The position numbers and the translations under genes are program-made. The notes beneath the pieces are model-generated. The model was not told the origin of the DNA and did not search any database. It saw only the letters and a list, made by a program, of their open reading frames with translations. Source: Bacteroidota bacterium (GTDB lineage: Bacteria; Bacteroidota; Bacteroidia; SXHM01). Taken from it: a stretch of 64,000 nt of DNA. The stretch lies in the NCBI GenBank assembly GCA_947478465.1, contig CANJWH010000010.1, forward strand, positions 991-64,990. The letters run 5' to 3'. Every line of letters begins with the position of its first letter. Position 1 is the stretch's first letter. This document shows, in pieces, positions 40,514 to 50,134 of this stretch.

Positions 40514-41281
40514 TTGTTACTTACCGATACACATACCCATCTTTATTCTGCCGAGTTTGACATCGACCGCAAACAGGTTGTTGAGCGTGCTATTGCATCC
40601 GGGGTAAAAAAGTTTTTTCTTCCTAACATTGATAGTTCTTCTGTGGAAGGAATGATTGCACTCTGCGGTCAGTTTCCCGAAAACTGCTTTTCCATGATAG
40701 GTTTGCATCCAACATCAGTAAAAGAAAATTACGAAGAAGAATTAGAAGGTGTAAAAGAGTGGCTTGGCAAACACAAGTTTTGCGCAATTGGTGAAATAGG
40801 CATTGACCTCTACTGGGACAAAACATTTTTCACGCAACAACAACTTGCTTTTGAAACTCAAATAAAATGGGCGCATGAATTTTCGTTGCCCATTGTTATT
40901 CACTCACGCAATTCATTTAACGAGATTGTAGAGGTGTTGCAGAAAAATAAAAACGAAAATCAGCGGGGAATCTTTCATTGCTTTTCAGGCAGTAAAGAAC
41001 AGGCAGAGAAAGCAATTTCTCTTGGTTTTAAATTAGGAATAGGTGGTGTGCTCACTTACAAAAATTCAGGACTTGGTCAGGCCATTGCAGGCATTGACCT
41101 GAAGCATCTGGTTCTTGAAACCGACTCGCCTTATTTAACTCCCGTTCCGCATCGAGGCAAACGAAATGAAAGCGGATATATTACTTTAGTGGCGCAAAAA
41201 CTTGCGGAAATAAAAAACATAAGCGTTGATGAAGTAGCTGAAATTACTACTGCAAACGCTAAAGAAGTTTTTGGAATTTAA
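40514..41281 (+). CDS. TatD-family metal-dependent hydrolase (DNase)
   Basis: DTHTHL N-terminal motif, GEIGIDLYW, IHSR; 255 aa. Confidence 0.88.
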   Translation: MLLTDTHTHLYSAEFDIDRKQVVERAIASGVKKFFLPNIDSSSVEGMIALCGQFPENCFSMIGLHPTSVKENYEEELEGVKEWLGKHKFCAIGEIGIDLYWDKTFFTQQQLAFETQIKWAHEFSLPIVIHSRNSFNEIVEVLQKNKNENQRGIFHCFSGSKEQAEKAISLGFKLGIGGVLTYKNSGLGQAIAGIDLKHLVLETDSPYLTPVPHRGKRNESGYITLVAQKLAEIKNISVDEVAEITTANAKEVFGI

Positions 41282-42313
41282 ATGAAAAAAGAAAAAGCTA
41301 AAGTTCTCTTAATCTACACAGGCGGCACCGTAGGTATGGTACAGGATGAAAAAACCGGTGTGCTCAAACCATTCAGCCTTGAAAGCATCATTGATTACAT
41401 TCCTGAGCTTTCAAGATTTGGCATTCGCATAGATGGATACAGCTTTAATCCGCCAATCGATTCTTCCAACATGAAACCCGAAATATGGATTCAGTTGGCA
41501 GACATCATTGGAAAGAACTACACTAAATACGATGGATTTGTGGTTCTGCACGGATCCGATACAATGGCTTACACCGCGTCTGCCTTGAGTTTTTTATTGG
41601 AAAATTTAGGGAAGCCCGTAATACTAACCGGCTCACAATTACCTGTAAACGTGCTGCGTTCCGATGCGCAGGAAAACATTATTGTCTCCATTGAAATTGC
41701 TGCTGCAAAAGAAAAAGGCAAAGCAAAAATTCCTGAGGTCTGCGTTTATTTTGAAAATCATCTTTATCGCGGAAACCGCACCTATAAACACAATGCTGAA
41801 AACTTTGACGCATTTAATTCTTCTAATTATCCTGAGTTGGCAACAGCAGGAGTTCACATCAAATACAATGACGGAGTTATTGCTAAACCGTCTGCAAAGA
41901 AATTAGTTGTTCATCAATCGCTGGATACAAATATTGCAATCGTAAAATTATTTCCCGGAACAAATCCAGCAGTGTTGGAAAGCATTTTCAATACAAAAGG
42001 ATTGAAAGCTGTTGTGCTGGAAACATACGGCACAGGAAATGCTCCAACCGACAAGGCATTTTTAAAACCGTTGGAAAAAGCAGCTAAAAAAGAAATTATA
42101 CTTTTAAATATAACACAGTGTCGTGCAGGCGCAGTTCAACAAGGCAGGTACGAAACAAGCACAGAGTTGAAGAAGATTGGAATAATAAGTGGTGCCGATA
42201 TGACTACCGAAACGGCAGTTGCCAAACTCATGTTCTTGTTGGGCGAGAATTATCCGGTTGTTTCAATTAAGAAATTGCTGCAACAATCGTTGCGCGGAGA
42301 ATTGACAATTTAA
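41282..42313 (+). CDS. ansA: type I L-asparaginase
   Basis: IYTGGTVGM and HGSDTMAYTASALS motifs; 343 aa. Start abuts the tatD stop. Confidence 0.88.
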   Translation: MKKEKAKVLLIYTGGTVGMVQDEKTGVLKPFSLESIIDYIPELSRFGIRIDGYSFNPPIDSSNMKPEIWIQLADIIGKNYTKYDGFVVLHGSDTMAYTASALSFLLENLGKPVILTGSQLPVNVLRSDAQENIIVSIEIAAAKEKGKAKIPEVCVYFENHLYRGNRTYKHNAENFDAFNSSNYPELATAGVHIKYNDGVIAKPSAKKLVVHQSLDTNIAIVKLFPGTNPAVLESIFNTKGLKAVVLETYGTGNAPTDKAFLKPLEKAAKKEIILLNITQCRAGAVQQGRYETSTELKKIGIISGADMTTETAVAKLMFLLGENYPVVSIKKLLQQSLRGELTI

Positions 42314-42323
42314 AAATTATCAG

Positions 42324-42408
42324 CGGAGAGAGAGGGATTCGAACCCTCGTTACCTTGCGGTAAACACGCTTTCCAAGCGTGCTCGATCGGCCACTCTGAC
42401 ATCTCTCC
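42324..42408 (-). tRNA. tRNA-Ser (anticodon GGA)
   Basis: Minus-strand cloverleaf GGAGAGATGTCAGAGTGGCCGA...CGAATCCCTCTCTCTCCG with a long variable arm. Anticodon loop TTGGAAA gives GGA. No encoded CCA. Confidence 0.85.
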
Positions 42409-42449
42409 GGTTAAAGGGGTTGCGAAAGTAATACTTTTCTCGCGCTTGC

Positions 42450-44249
42450 CTAATTGATATACTCTTTCTTCACTTCAAGAGTCAGGCGGTTGTCGCTCAA
42501 CAAACGCTCACAAAGTGCTGCAGATTTAGGAAGCTCATACAGGAAGAAATAATTCATCGCAGCCAATTTGCCTTGGTAGAAATTAAATTCTTCACCTGAG
42601 GCACCTGCTGTTAAAGCCTTTTGAGCTACCATTCCTTGCTTAAGCCATTGCCATGCAATGGAAACAATTCCTGCGTTTTCAAGAAACAATGTTGCATCAG
42701 CTAAGAAAATTTCAGGAGCCTGTGATTGTGCCAGGCCCATCAATTTCATAGTTACTTCTGTGAACTTCTGCATTGCTTTAGCAAGATTTTCAGCATGTGT
42801 TTTCAGGTTTTCAACGCCTGCTGCTTCTGCAATGGTTTGATTAATTTCTGCTGCATACAACATTAAACCTTGTCCCATTTTCATCGGAATTTTTCTTGCC
42901 AGTAAATCCATTGCTTGTATTCCGGTTGTTCCCTCGTAAATAGGATTGATGCGTGTGTCGCGGAAATATTGCTCTAATGGAAAATCATCGCAGTAGCCGG
43001 CACCGCCAAGTGTTTGAACTGCTGCGCTGGTGCTTAGTACGCTCATTTCAGATGGATATGCTTTTGCAATCGGAGTAAGCAAATTCAGGAGCAAATTGTA
43101 TTTTTCTTTTTCTGCGCCTTCTGTTATTTTTTCCATATCTGAATAATATGCGCACTGCGTTACAAAAGACAAGCATCCTTCTGTAACAGCTTTTTGGAAA
43201 AGCAACATCCGTTTCACATCTGCATAATCAATAATCAACGATTGCGGAACAAGCGGGTCTTTATTTGAAACAGGACGGCCTTGTGGACGCTCATTACAAT
43301 ATTCCAACGAAGCATGGTAAGCCGCGCTACAAAGCGCGGTTGACATCATTCCCACACTGATGCGCGCACCGTTCATCATTTTAAACATATACGAAAGTCC
43401 TTTGTGTGGTTCGCCCACCAGCCATCCTTTACAGTTGTCGGCCTCGCCCATGCTAAGGTGTAAAATAGGACAACCCTTCATTCCCATTTTCCCGAAAACT
43501 CCCGCAGAAATAACATCATTGTTTACTAGCGTTCCATTCTCAGGTCTGTATTTTGGAACTACAAAAAGTGAAATTCCTTTCACCCCAACCGGTCCGCCTT
43601 TTATTTTAGCAAGCATCAGGTGAACAACATTTTCAGCACTATGATAATCACCTGCTGAGATAAAAATCTTTTGCCCTTTTATTTTGTAAGAACCATCTTC
43701 AGATGGCTCAGCAGAGGTAGTAATATCACCTAAAGAACTTCCTGCGTCCGGTTCAGTCAAAGCCATAGTTCCCTGCCATTTTCCTGAATCCATGTGAGGC
43801 ACGTAAGTTTCATTCAACTCCTTACTTCCGAAGCTGCGGATCAAATCTGAAGAGCCCATGGTCAATCCGAAATACGAAGCGGCTGAAGTATTGGCCGCAT
43901 GAAAAACGAAATTGGATGCTGCATACAGAGTTCCCGGCATTTGTTGTCCGCCCTCTTCCAACGAAGCAGAGGCAGAAATCCAGCCACCTTCACCCATGGC
44001 ATCCATCATTTTGCGAACACCATCGTGTACTGTAACCACACCATTTTCAAGGTGAGGTTTTTTCTTGTCCATTTCTGTATAAATTGGGAAAAACAATTCA
44101 TCACCTAATTTTTTTGCGGTGTCAATTGTCATATCAATTACCTCTTTGGTGTAGTCAGCGAAGTAGGGGTTTTTTGAAAGATTTTCTGCTCCTAAAACTT
44201 CGTGAAGCACAAAGCGCAGATTGCGCATGTTTACATATTCTTTTGCCAT
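42450..44249 (-). CDS. long-form acyl-CoA dehydrogenase (about 600 aa, FadE-like)
   Basis: Acyl-CoA dehydrogenase N-, middle- and C-terminal domain similarity (e.g. PIYEGTTGIQ) with an additional C-terminal extension. Confidence 0.85.
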   Translation of the reverse strand: MAKEYVNMRNLRFVLHEVLGAENLSKNPYFADYTKEVIDMTIDTAKKLGDELFFPIYTEMDKKKPHLENGVVTVHDGVRKMMDAMGEGGWISASASLEEGGQQMPGTLYAASNFVFHAANTSAASYFGLTMGSSDLIRSFGSKELNETYVPHMDSGKWQGTMALTEPDAGSSLGDITTSAEPSEDGSYKIKGQKIFISAGDYHSAENVVHLMLAKIKGGPVGVKGISLFVVPKYRPENGTLVNNDVISAGVFGKMGMKGCPILHLSMGEADNCKGWLVGEPHKGLSYMFKMMNGARISVGMMSTALCSAAYHASLEYCNERPQGRPVSNKDPLVPQSLIIDYADVKRMLLFQKAVTEGCLSFVTQCAYYSDMEKITEGAEKEKYNLLLNLLTPIAKAYPSEMSVLSTSAAVQTLGGAGYCDDFPLEQYFRDTRINPIYEGTTGIQAMDLLARKIPMKMGQGLMLYAAEINQTIAEAAGVENLKTHAENLAKAMQKFTEVTMKLMGLAQSQAPEIFLADATLFLENAGIVSIAWQWLKQGMVAQKALTAGASGEEFNFYQGKLAAMNYFFLYELPKSAALCERLLSDNRLTLEVKKEYIN

Positions 44250-44306
44250 AAGTATTTTTTTAAGGGAAGGCGAAAATACAAAATGCTACTTTTGAGCACA
44301 CACAAA

Positions 44307-45179
44307 ATGGAAACTATTTTATCAAACAATTTTCTTCGCGTAAAAGCAAAGTCTAAAGGAGCTGAACTTAGCAGTATCATTGATTTGCGCGATAATTCTG
44401 AACATCTTTGGCAAGCCGACCCTGCTTTCTGGAACTGGCACGCGCCTGTTTTATTTCCAAAAATAGGTGAGTCGGTAAACGAACAAATTTCATTTTCTGG
44501 AACGAAATACAAAATGCCGAAACACGGTTTGGCAAGGCATCTTGATTTTACGGCAGACAAAAAATCAGAGACAGAAGTTGTGTTCATGCTTCGCAGTAAT
44601 GAAGAAACATTGAAGCAATATCCTTTTCGTTTTTGTTTTCAAATCAGTTATATGCTGGAAGAAAACAAGCTTAGAAATATTTACGCTGTGATTAACGAAT
44701 ATGAAAAACCAATGCCTTTCACCATTGGCGGGCATCCTGCTTTTGCAGTTCCATTTTTTGCCAATGAAATGTTGGAAGATTATTTTCTTGAATTTGAAAA
44801 TGAGGAATCAGTTTCACGACATTTAATTGATGATAATGGTTTGTTCAATGGAGTAACAGAATGTGTGTTGAATAACGAAAAGAGAATTCCGCTCACCAAA
44901 GAATTGTTCAACCGTGATGCGTTAATTTTTAAAGAACACGTTTCACGCAAAATTTCTATCGGCAGTAATAACCACAACAAAAGACTGACTGTTGAGTTTG
45001 CAGATTTTCCTTACCTCGGTATTTGGGCAAAACCCGGTGCGCCTTACGTGTGCATTGAGCCCTGGATTGGTTGTGCCGAAAATGCAGGGAAAGAAATTGA
45101 CTTTGCAGAAAAAGAACATTGCATCATCTTGCAGCCGGGAGAAAAATTCAGTTGTGAGTTTTCAGCAACTATCGGATAA
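44307..45179 (+). CDS. aldose 1-epimerase-family (galactose-mutarotase-like) protein
   Basis: WNWHAPVLFPKIG...MPKHGLAR motifs of the aldose-epimerase superfamily. The internal ATG at 44307 is used because the 44202 start overlaps the divergent acyl-CoA dehydrogenase start. Confidence 0.72.
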   Translation: METILSNNFLRVKAKSKGAELSSIIDLRDNSEHLWQADPAFWNWHAPVLFPKIGESVNEQISFSGTKYKMPKHGLARHLDFTADKKSETEVVFMLRSNEETLKQYPFRFCFQISYMLEENKLRNIYAVINEYEKPMPFTIGGHPAFAVPFFANEMLEDYFLEFENEESVSRHLIDDNGLFNGVTECVLNNEKRIPLTKELFNRDALIFKEHVSRKISIGSNNHNKRLTVEFADFPYLGIWAKPGAPYVCIEPWIGCAENAGKEIDFAEKEHCIILQPGEKFSCEFSATIG

Positions 45180-45218
45180 TAGCATCAGCAAAATCCCTAT
45201 TTTCGTGCCTCTTTTGAG

Positions 45219-48200
45219 ATGGACTTAGAGGCTGTAAAGAATAGATTTTCGCAACACCCGCGCATCGCTGAATTGGTTAACTCGCTTTCGGCAGGTAATT
45301 CTACGCGCATTCACATCAAAAATCTTGCTGGCTCGTCTTCAGCTTTTGCTGCGGCAACTGTTGTTTCCAAAATTCCGAAAACGCATGTTTTTATCTTGCC
45401 GGGCAAGGAAGAAGCTGCTTATTTTCTGAATGATATTGAAGTGATGCTGGGCAAAGAACAAGTTTTGTTTTTCCCGATGTCGTATCGCAGGCCTTATAGT
45501 GAAGAGGAGAAGACAGACAACAGCAATGTGGTTGAGCGGGCGGAAACGCTTAACAAACTCAATCAGAATTTTGCGCGAGCAGTTGTTACCTATCCTGAAG
45601 CTCTTTCTGAAAAAGTTATCACGAGAAAAGTTTTAGAAAAGAATACGCTGTTGTTGAAAACAGGCGACACTCACGGAATTGATTTTATCACTGATGTGTT
45701 GTATGAATATCATTTTGAGCAGGTGGATTATGTTTTCCTGCCGGGGCAGTTTGCAGTGCGTGGTGGCATTGTAGATATGTTTTCGTTTTCAGGAGAATAT
45801 CCTTTGCGTGTTGAGTTTTTCGGAAACACGATTGAGAGCATCCGCAGCTTTGATCCTTCAACACAATTGTCGGTTGCCAATCTTGTGCGGGCTACTATTC
45901 TTCCTAATGTACAACAAAGCCTGTTGCACGAAAGCCGTGTTTCCTTTTTAGAATTTATTCCTGCTGAAAGTCTGGTGTGGATCACAGATGTAAGAAGTGC
46001 GGTTGCAGTTTTAAATTCAGAACTGGAGGTGGCAAAAGCAGCTTTTGAGAATCTGAAAACTGAAATGAATTATTTACCGCCTGAGGAAAAATACATCAGC
46101 GGAAATTATTTTATAGACAAGTTTAAACAACACAGTATTGTAGAATTAGGACAGGCAGAATATTTTGATGATGTACAAACGATTGAGTTTAATACTTCGC
46201 CACAACCCGCATTCAATAAGAATTTTGAAATGCTGGGCGATCATCTTCGCAAAAATTCTTCGGCCGGTTATCAAAATCTTTTAGCTGCAGAAAATCCCAA
46301 ACAGGCTGAACGCTTGTATTCTATTTTTGAAGACATGCCTGTTAAAGCAGGAGAAAAGAAACCGGTGTTTACACCTTTAGTAGTTTCGATTTCTGAAGGA
46401 TTTACCGACCATGATTTAAAAATATCTTTCTACACCGACCACCAGATTTTTGAGCGTTACCACCGTTTCAAACTGCGTAACGGTTTTGTAAAATCACGTG
46501 AAGCGATTACGCTGAAAGAATTGCATGGATTAAATCCGGGCGACTTTGTTACCCATATAGATCATGGTATCGGGAGATTTGCAGGTCTGGAAAAAATTGA
46601 TGTGAATGGAAAGATGCAGGAGGCTGTGCGACTGGTTTATCGTGACAATGATATATTGTATGTCAGCATTCATTCGCTGCACCGCATTGCAAAATATTCG
46701 GGGAAAGATGGAAATGAGCCAAAGATAAATAAGTTGGGTTCTGGCGCATGGCAAGCGATGAAGTTGAAAACCAAATCAAAGGTTAAAGACATTGCTAAAG
46801 ATTTAATAAAACTGTATGCACAGCGCAGAGCGAAAAAAGGTTTTGAGTTTTCGCAGGATAATTATTTGCAAACTGAACTTGAAGCAAGTTTTATTTATGA
46901 AGATACGCCTGATCAGGTGAAATCAACTGCGGATGTGAAGAAGGACATGGAGCAAAATTTTCCGATGGATAGATTGATATGCGGTGATGTTGGTTTCGGG
47001 AAAACAGAGATTGCAATACGTGCTGCTTTCAAAGCGGTATGCGACAGCAAGCAGGTGGCAGTCCTGGTTCCTACTACAATTCTTGCATTGCAGCATTACA
47101 AAACTTTTAGTGAGCGATTGAAGAATTTTCCGTGTCGTGTTGATTACATCAATCGTTTTAAAACTGCGGGACAACAAAAAGAAACACTTAAAAAATTAGC
47201 TAATGGAGAGATTGATATCATTATTGGCACTCATCGGATTGTAAGTAAAGATGTAAAGTTTAAAGACCTTGGTTTGCTGATTGTAGATGAAGAACAAAAG
47301 TTTGGCGTAGGTGTGAAAGAGAAACTGAAAGCTTTTCGAGTGAATGTAGATACGCTAACGTTAACAGCAACACCAATCCCACGTACGCTGCAGTTTTCGC
47401 TTATGGGAGCGCGGGATTTATCTATAATTAATACAGCACCTCCAAATCGTTTTCCTGTAATTACCGAAGTGCATACGTTTAATGAAGAAGCTATCCGTGA
47501 TGCTATACGCTATGAAATTGACAGGGGTGGGCAAGTGTTTTTTGTAAATAACAGAATTGAAAATATTCGTGAGGTTGCAGGAATGATTTCACGACTTTGT
47601 CCGGATGTGCGGGTTGGTATAGGGCATGGACAATTAGAAGGACATCAACTCGAAGAAGTGATGATGAATTTTATTGAAGGCGCAACAGATGTGCTGGTTG
47701 CCACATCCATCATTGAATCCGGATTAGATATTTCTAATGCTAACACTATCATCATTAATAATGCGCAAAATTTCGGATTAAGTGATTTGCACCAGATGCG
47801 CGGCAGGGTGGGGCGTTCGAACAAAAAAGCATTTTGTTATTTATTGGCTCCGCCAAGCGAAATGCTGAGCACCGAAGCTAAAAAACGTTTACGGGCAATT
47901 GAAGAATTTTCAGAGCTCGGTAGCGGTTTCAATATTGCCATGCGCGATCTGGATATTCGCGGAGCAGGAAATTTATTGGGTGCTGAACAAAGCGGATTTA
48001 TTTCTGACATTGGGTTTGAGATGTATCACAAAATTCTGGACGAGGCGATACAGGAATTGAAATTGGAGTTGGATCAGGAAACTGACATTCAGCAGAAAGA
48101 AAGAAAACCTAATGCAGCAGCACATATTCAGCAACTTTCTTATGTCAGAGATTGTGTGATTGATACCGACTTGGAAATTCTTTTGCCGGATAATTATGTG

Positions 48201-48596
48201 AATAATATCACAGAGCGTCTAGGGCTTTACCGTGAGCTGGATGATATTGAAAACGAAACAAGCTTACAGCTATTCGAAAAAAATATGATTGACCGTTTTG
48301 GTCCGTTTCCAAAGCAGGCAGAAGAATTACTTAACACTATTCGCTTGCGTTGGATTGCGAAAGAAATTGGTTTTGAACGATTGATTTTAAAGAATAAAAA
48401 ACTTACGGGTTATTTTATTTCTTCACCTAACTCAGCGTATTTTCAAAGTGATATTTTTGGTAAGGTGTTGCAGTATGTCCAAACGCACGGCAAGGATTGC
48501 CGCATGACACAAAAAGGGGAGAAGCTGATGTTGAGTTTTGAAAATGTCAACCGAGTAGACGAAGCAATTCGTTGGTTGAAACAGATTCTTGCTTAA
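45219..48596 (+). CDS. mfd: transcription-repair coupling factor
   Basis: 1125 aa. UvrB-homology N-terminus, RecG-like SF2 helicase core (GDVGFGKTE Walker A, DEEQ) and TRCF C-terminal domain. Confidence 0.95.
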   Translation: MDLEAVKNRFSQHPRIAELVNSLSAGNSTRIHIKNLAGSSSAFAAATVVSKIPKTHVFILPGKEEAAYFLNDIEVMLGKEQVLFFPMSYRRPYSEEEKTDNSNVVERAETLNKLNQNFARAVVTYPEALSEKVITRKVLEKNTLLLKTGDTHGIDFITDVLYEYHFEQVDYVFLPGQFAVRGGIVDMFSFSGEYPLRVEFFGNTIESIRSFDPSTQLSVANLVRATILPNVQQSLLHESRVSFLEFIPAESLVWITDVRSAVAVLNSELEVAKAAFENLKTEMNYLPPEEKYISGNYFIDKFKQHSIVELGQAEYFDDVQTIEFNTSPQPAFNKNFEMLGDHLRKNSSAGYQNLLAAENPKQAERLYSIFEDMPVKAGEKKPVFTPLVVSISEGFTDHDLKISFYTDHQIFERYHRFKLRNGFVKSREAITLKELHGLNPGDFVTHIDHGIGRFAGLEKIDVNGKMQEAVRLVYRDNDILYVSIHSLHRIAKYSGKDGNEPKINKLGSGAWQAMKLKTKSKVKDIAKDLIKLYAQRRAKKGFEFSQDNYLQTELEASFIYEDTPDQVKSTADVKKDMEQNFPMDRLICGDVGFGKTEIAIRAAFKAVCDSKQVAVLVPTTILALQHYKTFSERLKNFPCRVDYINRFKTAGQQKETLKKLANGEIDIIIGTHRIVSKDVKFKDLGLLIVDEEQKFGVGVKEKLKAFRVNVDTLTLTATPIPRTLQFSLMGARDLSIINTAPPNRFPVITEVHTFNEEAIRDAIRYEIDRGGQVFFVNNRIENIREVAGMISRLCPDVRVGIGHGQLEGHQLEEVMMNFIEGATDVLVATSIIESGLDISNANTIIINNAQNFGLSDLHQMRGRVGRSNKKAFCYLLAPPSEMLSTEAKKRLRAIEEFSELGSGFNIAMRDLDIRGAGNLLGAEQSGFISDIGFEMYHKILDEAIQELKLELDQETDIQQKERKPNAAAHIQQLSYVRDCVIDTDLEILLPDNYVNNITERLGLYRELDDIENETSLQLFEKNMIDRFGPFPKQAEELLNTIRLRWIAKEIGFERLILKNKKLTGYFISSPNSAYFQSDIFGKVLQYVQTHGKDCRMTQKGEKLMLSFENVNRVDEAIRWLKQILA

Positions 48597-49756
48597 TCTT
48601 TTTTCGAATCAATTATCACAACTGCATCCGCAATCACCTTTGCCATTTTACTCATTGTATCATTGCTGAGGCATTCAATAGTATCTCGTCTGGTGTGGTA
48701 AGTTGGATGAAGCTTGTGCATTGGCAAACCTACTACTGAAACAGCGGGAATTCCATTTCGGGTGAAACTGGATGCATCAGTAGCGCCTATAGGAATCATT
48801 CCTGATTTTTTCTCCAACCCATTTGATTTAAAAGCTTTACCGAGGGTTTCAATCAGGTATTTATCGTGACGGGCAAAAAGGGATAATTCAAAATCAATAA
48901 TATGCATTTCATTTATGTCGAGCATTCCGTCAAGGTTAATAATATGTGTTGCCTTTATTAGTTCATCACGATGCTTTTGCTCATAGGCTTTTGAACCTTT
49001 GAGACCGGTTTCTTCCGAACCGAAAGAAATGATTTTTAAACGTGTATTTTTCAGAACTGATTTTCCATCTTTCAAAAGATTTTGTGCAGCAAAGAAGGCA
49101 ACAGCAACCCCGGAAAGGTTATCCTGTGCGCCATCTACAACTCGTTTTCCGTGAATAAAAAAGAAGCTTAATGAGAAAATGCTGCAAAATGCAAAGCAAT
49201 ACCAACCATAGCTGAGGAAAGGACTAAACCCAAAAACTAGAGATGATAAATAGAAAACAGGAAGTGTTACAAATGCAACTCCGCTAACCAGCATCATACG
49301 GATACCCCAATCGCGAAAATAATACCACCAGATAAATTCGGGAGTACTATCCATGTGTCCTGAAATAATTACGGTTTGTTTCACTTCGCCAACAGGTTCT
49401 ATTGTGCCGATAACATTACGCGAAGTAAGTTTTGGATAAAAAATATCAAGCCAATCTTTATACATCAGAAAATGAAAAAAGAAAACCACAGAATTTACTG
49501 CACTTACTGCAATGGCAAAGTTTACAGACCAAAGCGGTAAGACCAATGAAATATAAAACAGAATGCAGAAAATTTTAAGAGAAGAAAACTTTGCAGTAAG
49601 AGCATCGGTAAATTCTTCGGTTTCTACGGTGTTGCAAATCGGTTTGAGTTGCTCTGAAAAATACTCTTGTGCATTTTTTTCAGCAATACTTCCAGCCCTT
49701 CGCGGACCAAATTTTTGGATAATAGTGGATACTAAATCTAGAGGAGTTTGCAGCAT
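48593..49756 (-). CDS. membrane-anchored M28-family Zn-peptidase
   Basis: Several TM helices plus an M28 catalytic pattern (HMDS, DNLSGVA, GSEETGLKGS). Convergent with mfd and overlaps its stop by 4 nt. Confidence 0.68.
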   Translation of the reverse strand: MLQTPLDLVSTIIQKFGPRRAGSIAEKNAQEYFSEQLKPICNTVETEEFTDALTAKFSSLKIFCILFYISLVLPLWSVNFAIAVSAVNSVVFFFHFLMYKDWLDIFYPKLTSRNVIGTIEPVGEVKQTVIISGHMDSTPEFIWWYYFRDWGIRMMLVSGVAFVTLPVFYLSSLVFGFSPFLSYGWYCFAFCSIFSLSFFFIHGKRVVDGAQDNLSGVAVAFFAAQNLLKDGKSVLKNTRLKIISFGSEETGLKGSKAYEQKHRDELIKATHIINLDGMLDINEMHIIDFELSLFARHDKYLIETLGKAFKSNGLEKKSGMIPIGATDASSFTRNGIPAVSVVGLPMHKLHPTYHTRRDTIECLSNDTMSKMAKVIADAVVIIDSKKD

Positions 49757-49911
49757 GAAATAATTTTATGATCGGTTTTGTTTCAAAAGTAAAATAAAAA
49801 AGACTCCGCACGCTTTGCGCTTTCACCTGAGATCTCAAAACTTTACGTCCCTTTGCGCAATCCCGCTCTTAACATTGGTTAATTTGCAATCAACCTTTCT
49901 GTCCCTATAAT

Positions 49912-50040
49912 TACCCTAACTCACCGTATTTTCAAAGTGATGCTTTTGGGAAGGTACTTAATTATGTGCAAACACACGGTAAAGATTGCCGCATGACCCA
50001 GAAAGGGGATAAGCTGATGCTGAGTTTTGAGAATGTGGTT
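49912..50040 (+). pseudogene. orphan, divergent duplicate of the mfd 3' end (gene fragment)
   Basis: About 85% nucleotide identity to 48432-48557. Keeps the reading frame (PNSPYFQSDAFGKVLNYVQTHGKDCRMTQKGDKLMLSFENV) but has no upstream gene body and a different tail. Confidence 0.75.
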
Positions 50041-50134
50041 ACGGTCGGGGGTGGGATTAAGTGGTTGGGTGGGATTTTGTCACCCTGAGCATAGTCGAAG
50101 GGCTTTATTATAAGCAAAGCCAACATCCCAACCT

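Noticed and set aside
42324-42408. Possible integration site at the tRNA-Ser gene
   Set aside because: No integrase, direct repeat of the tRNA 3' end, or foreign-looking genes are adjacent. Flanks are ansA and an acyl-CoA dehydrogenase.
44202-44306. Upstream extension of the aldose-epimerase ORF
   Set aside because: Would overlap the divergent acyl-CoA dehydrogenase start by 48 nt. The conserved family N-terminus begins at the internal Met (44307).
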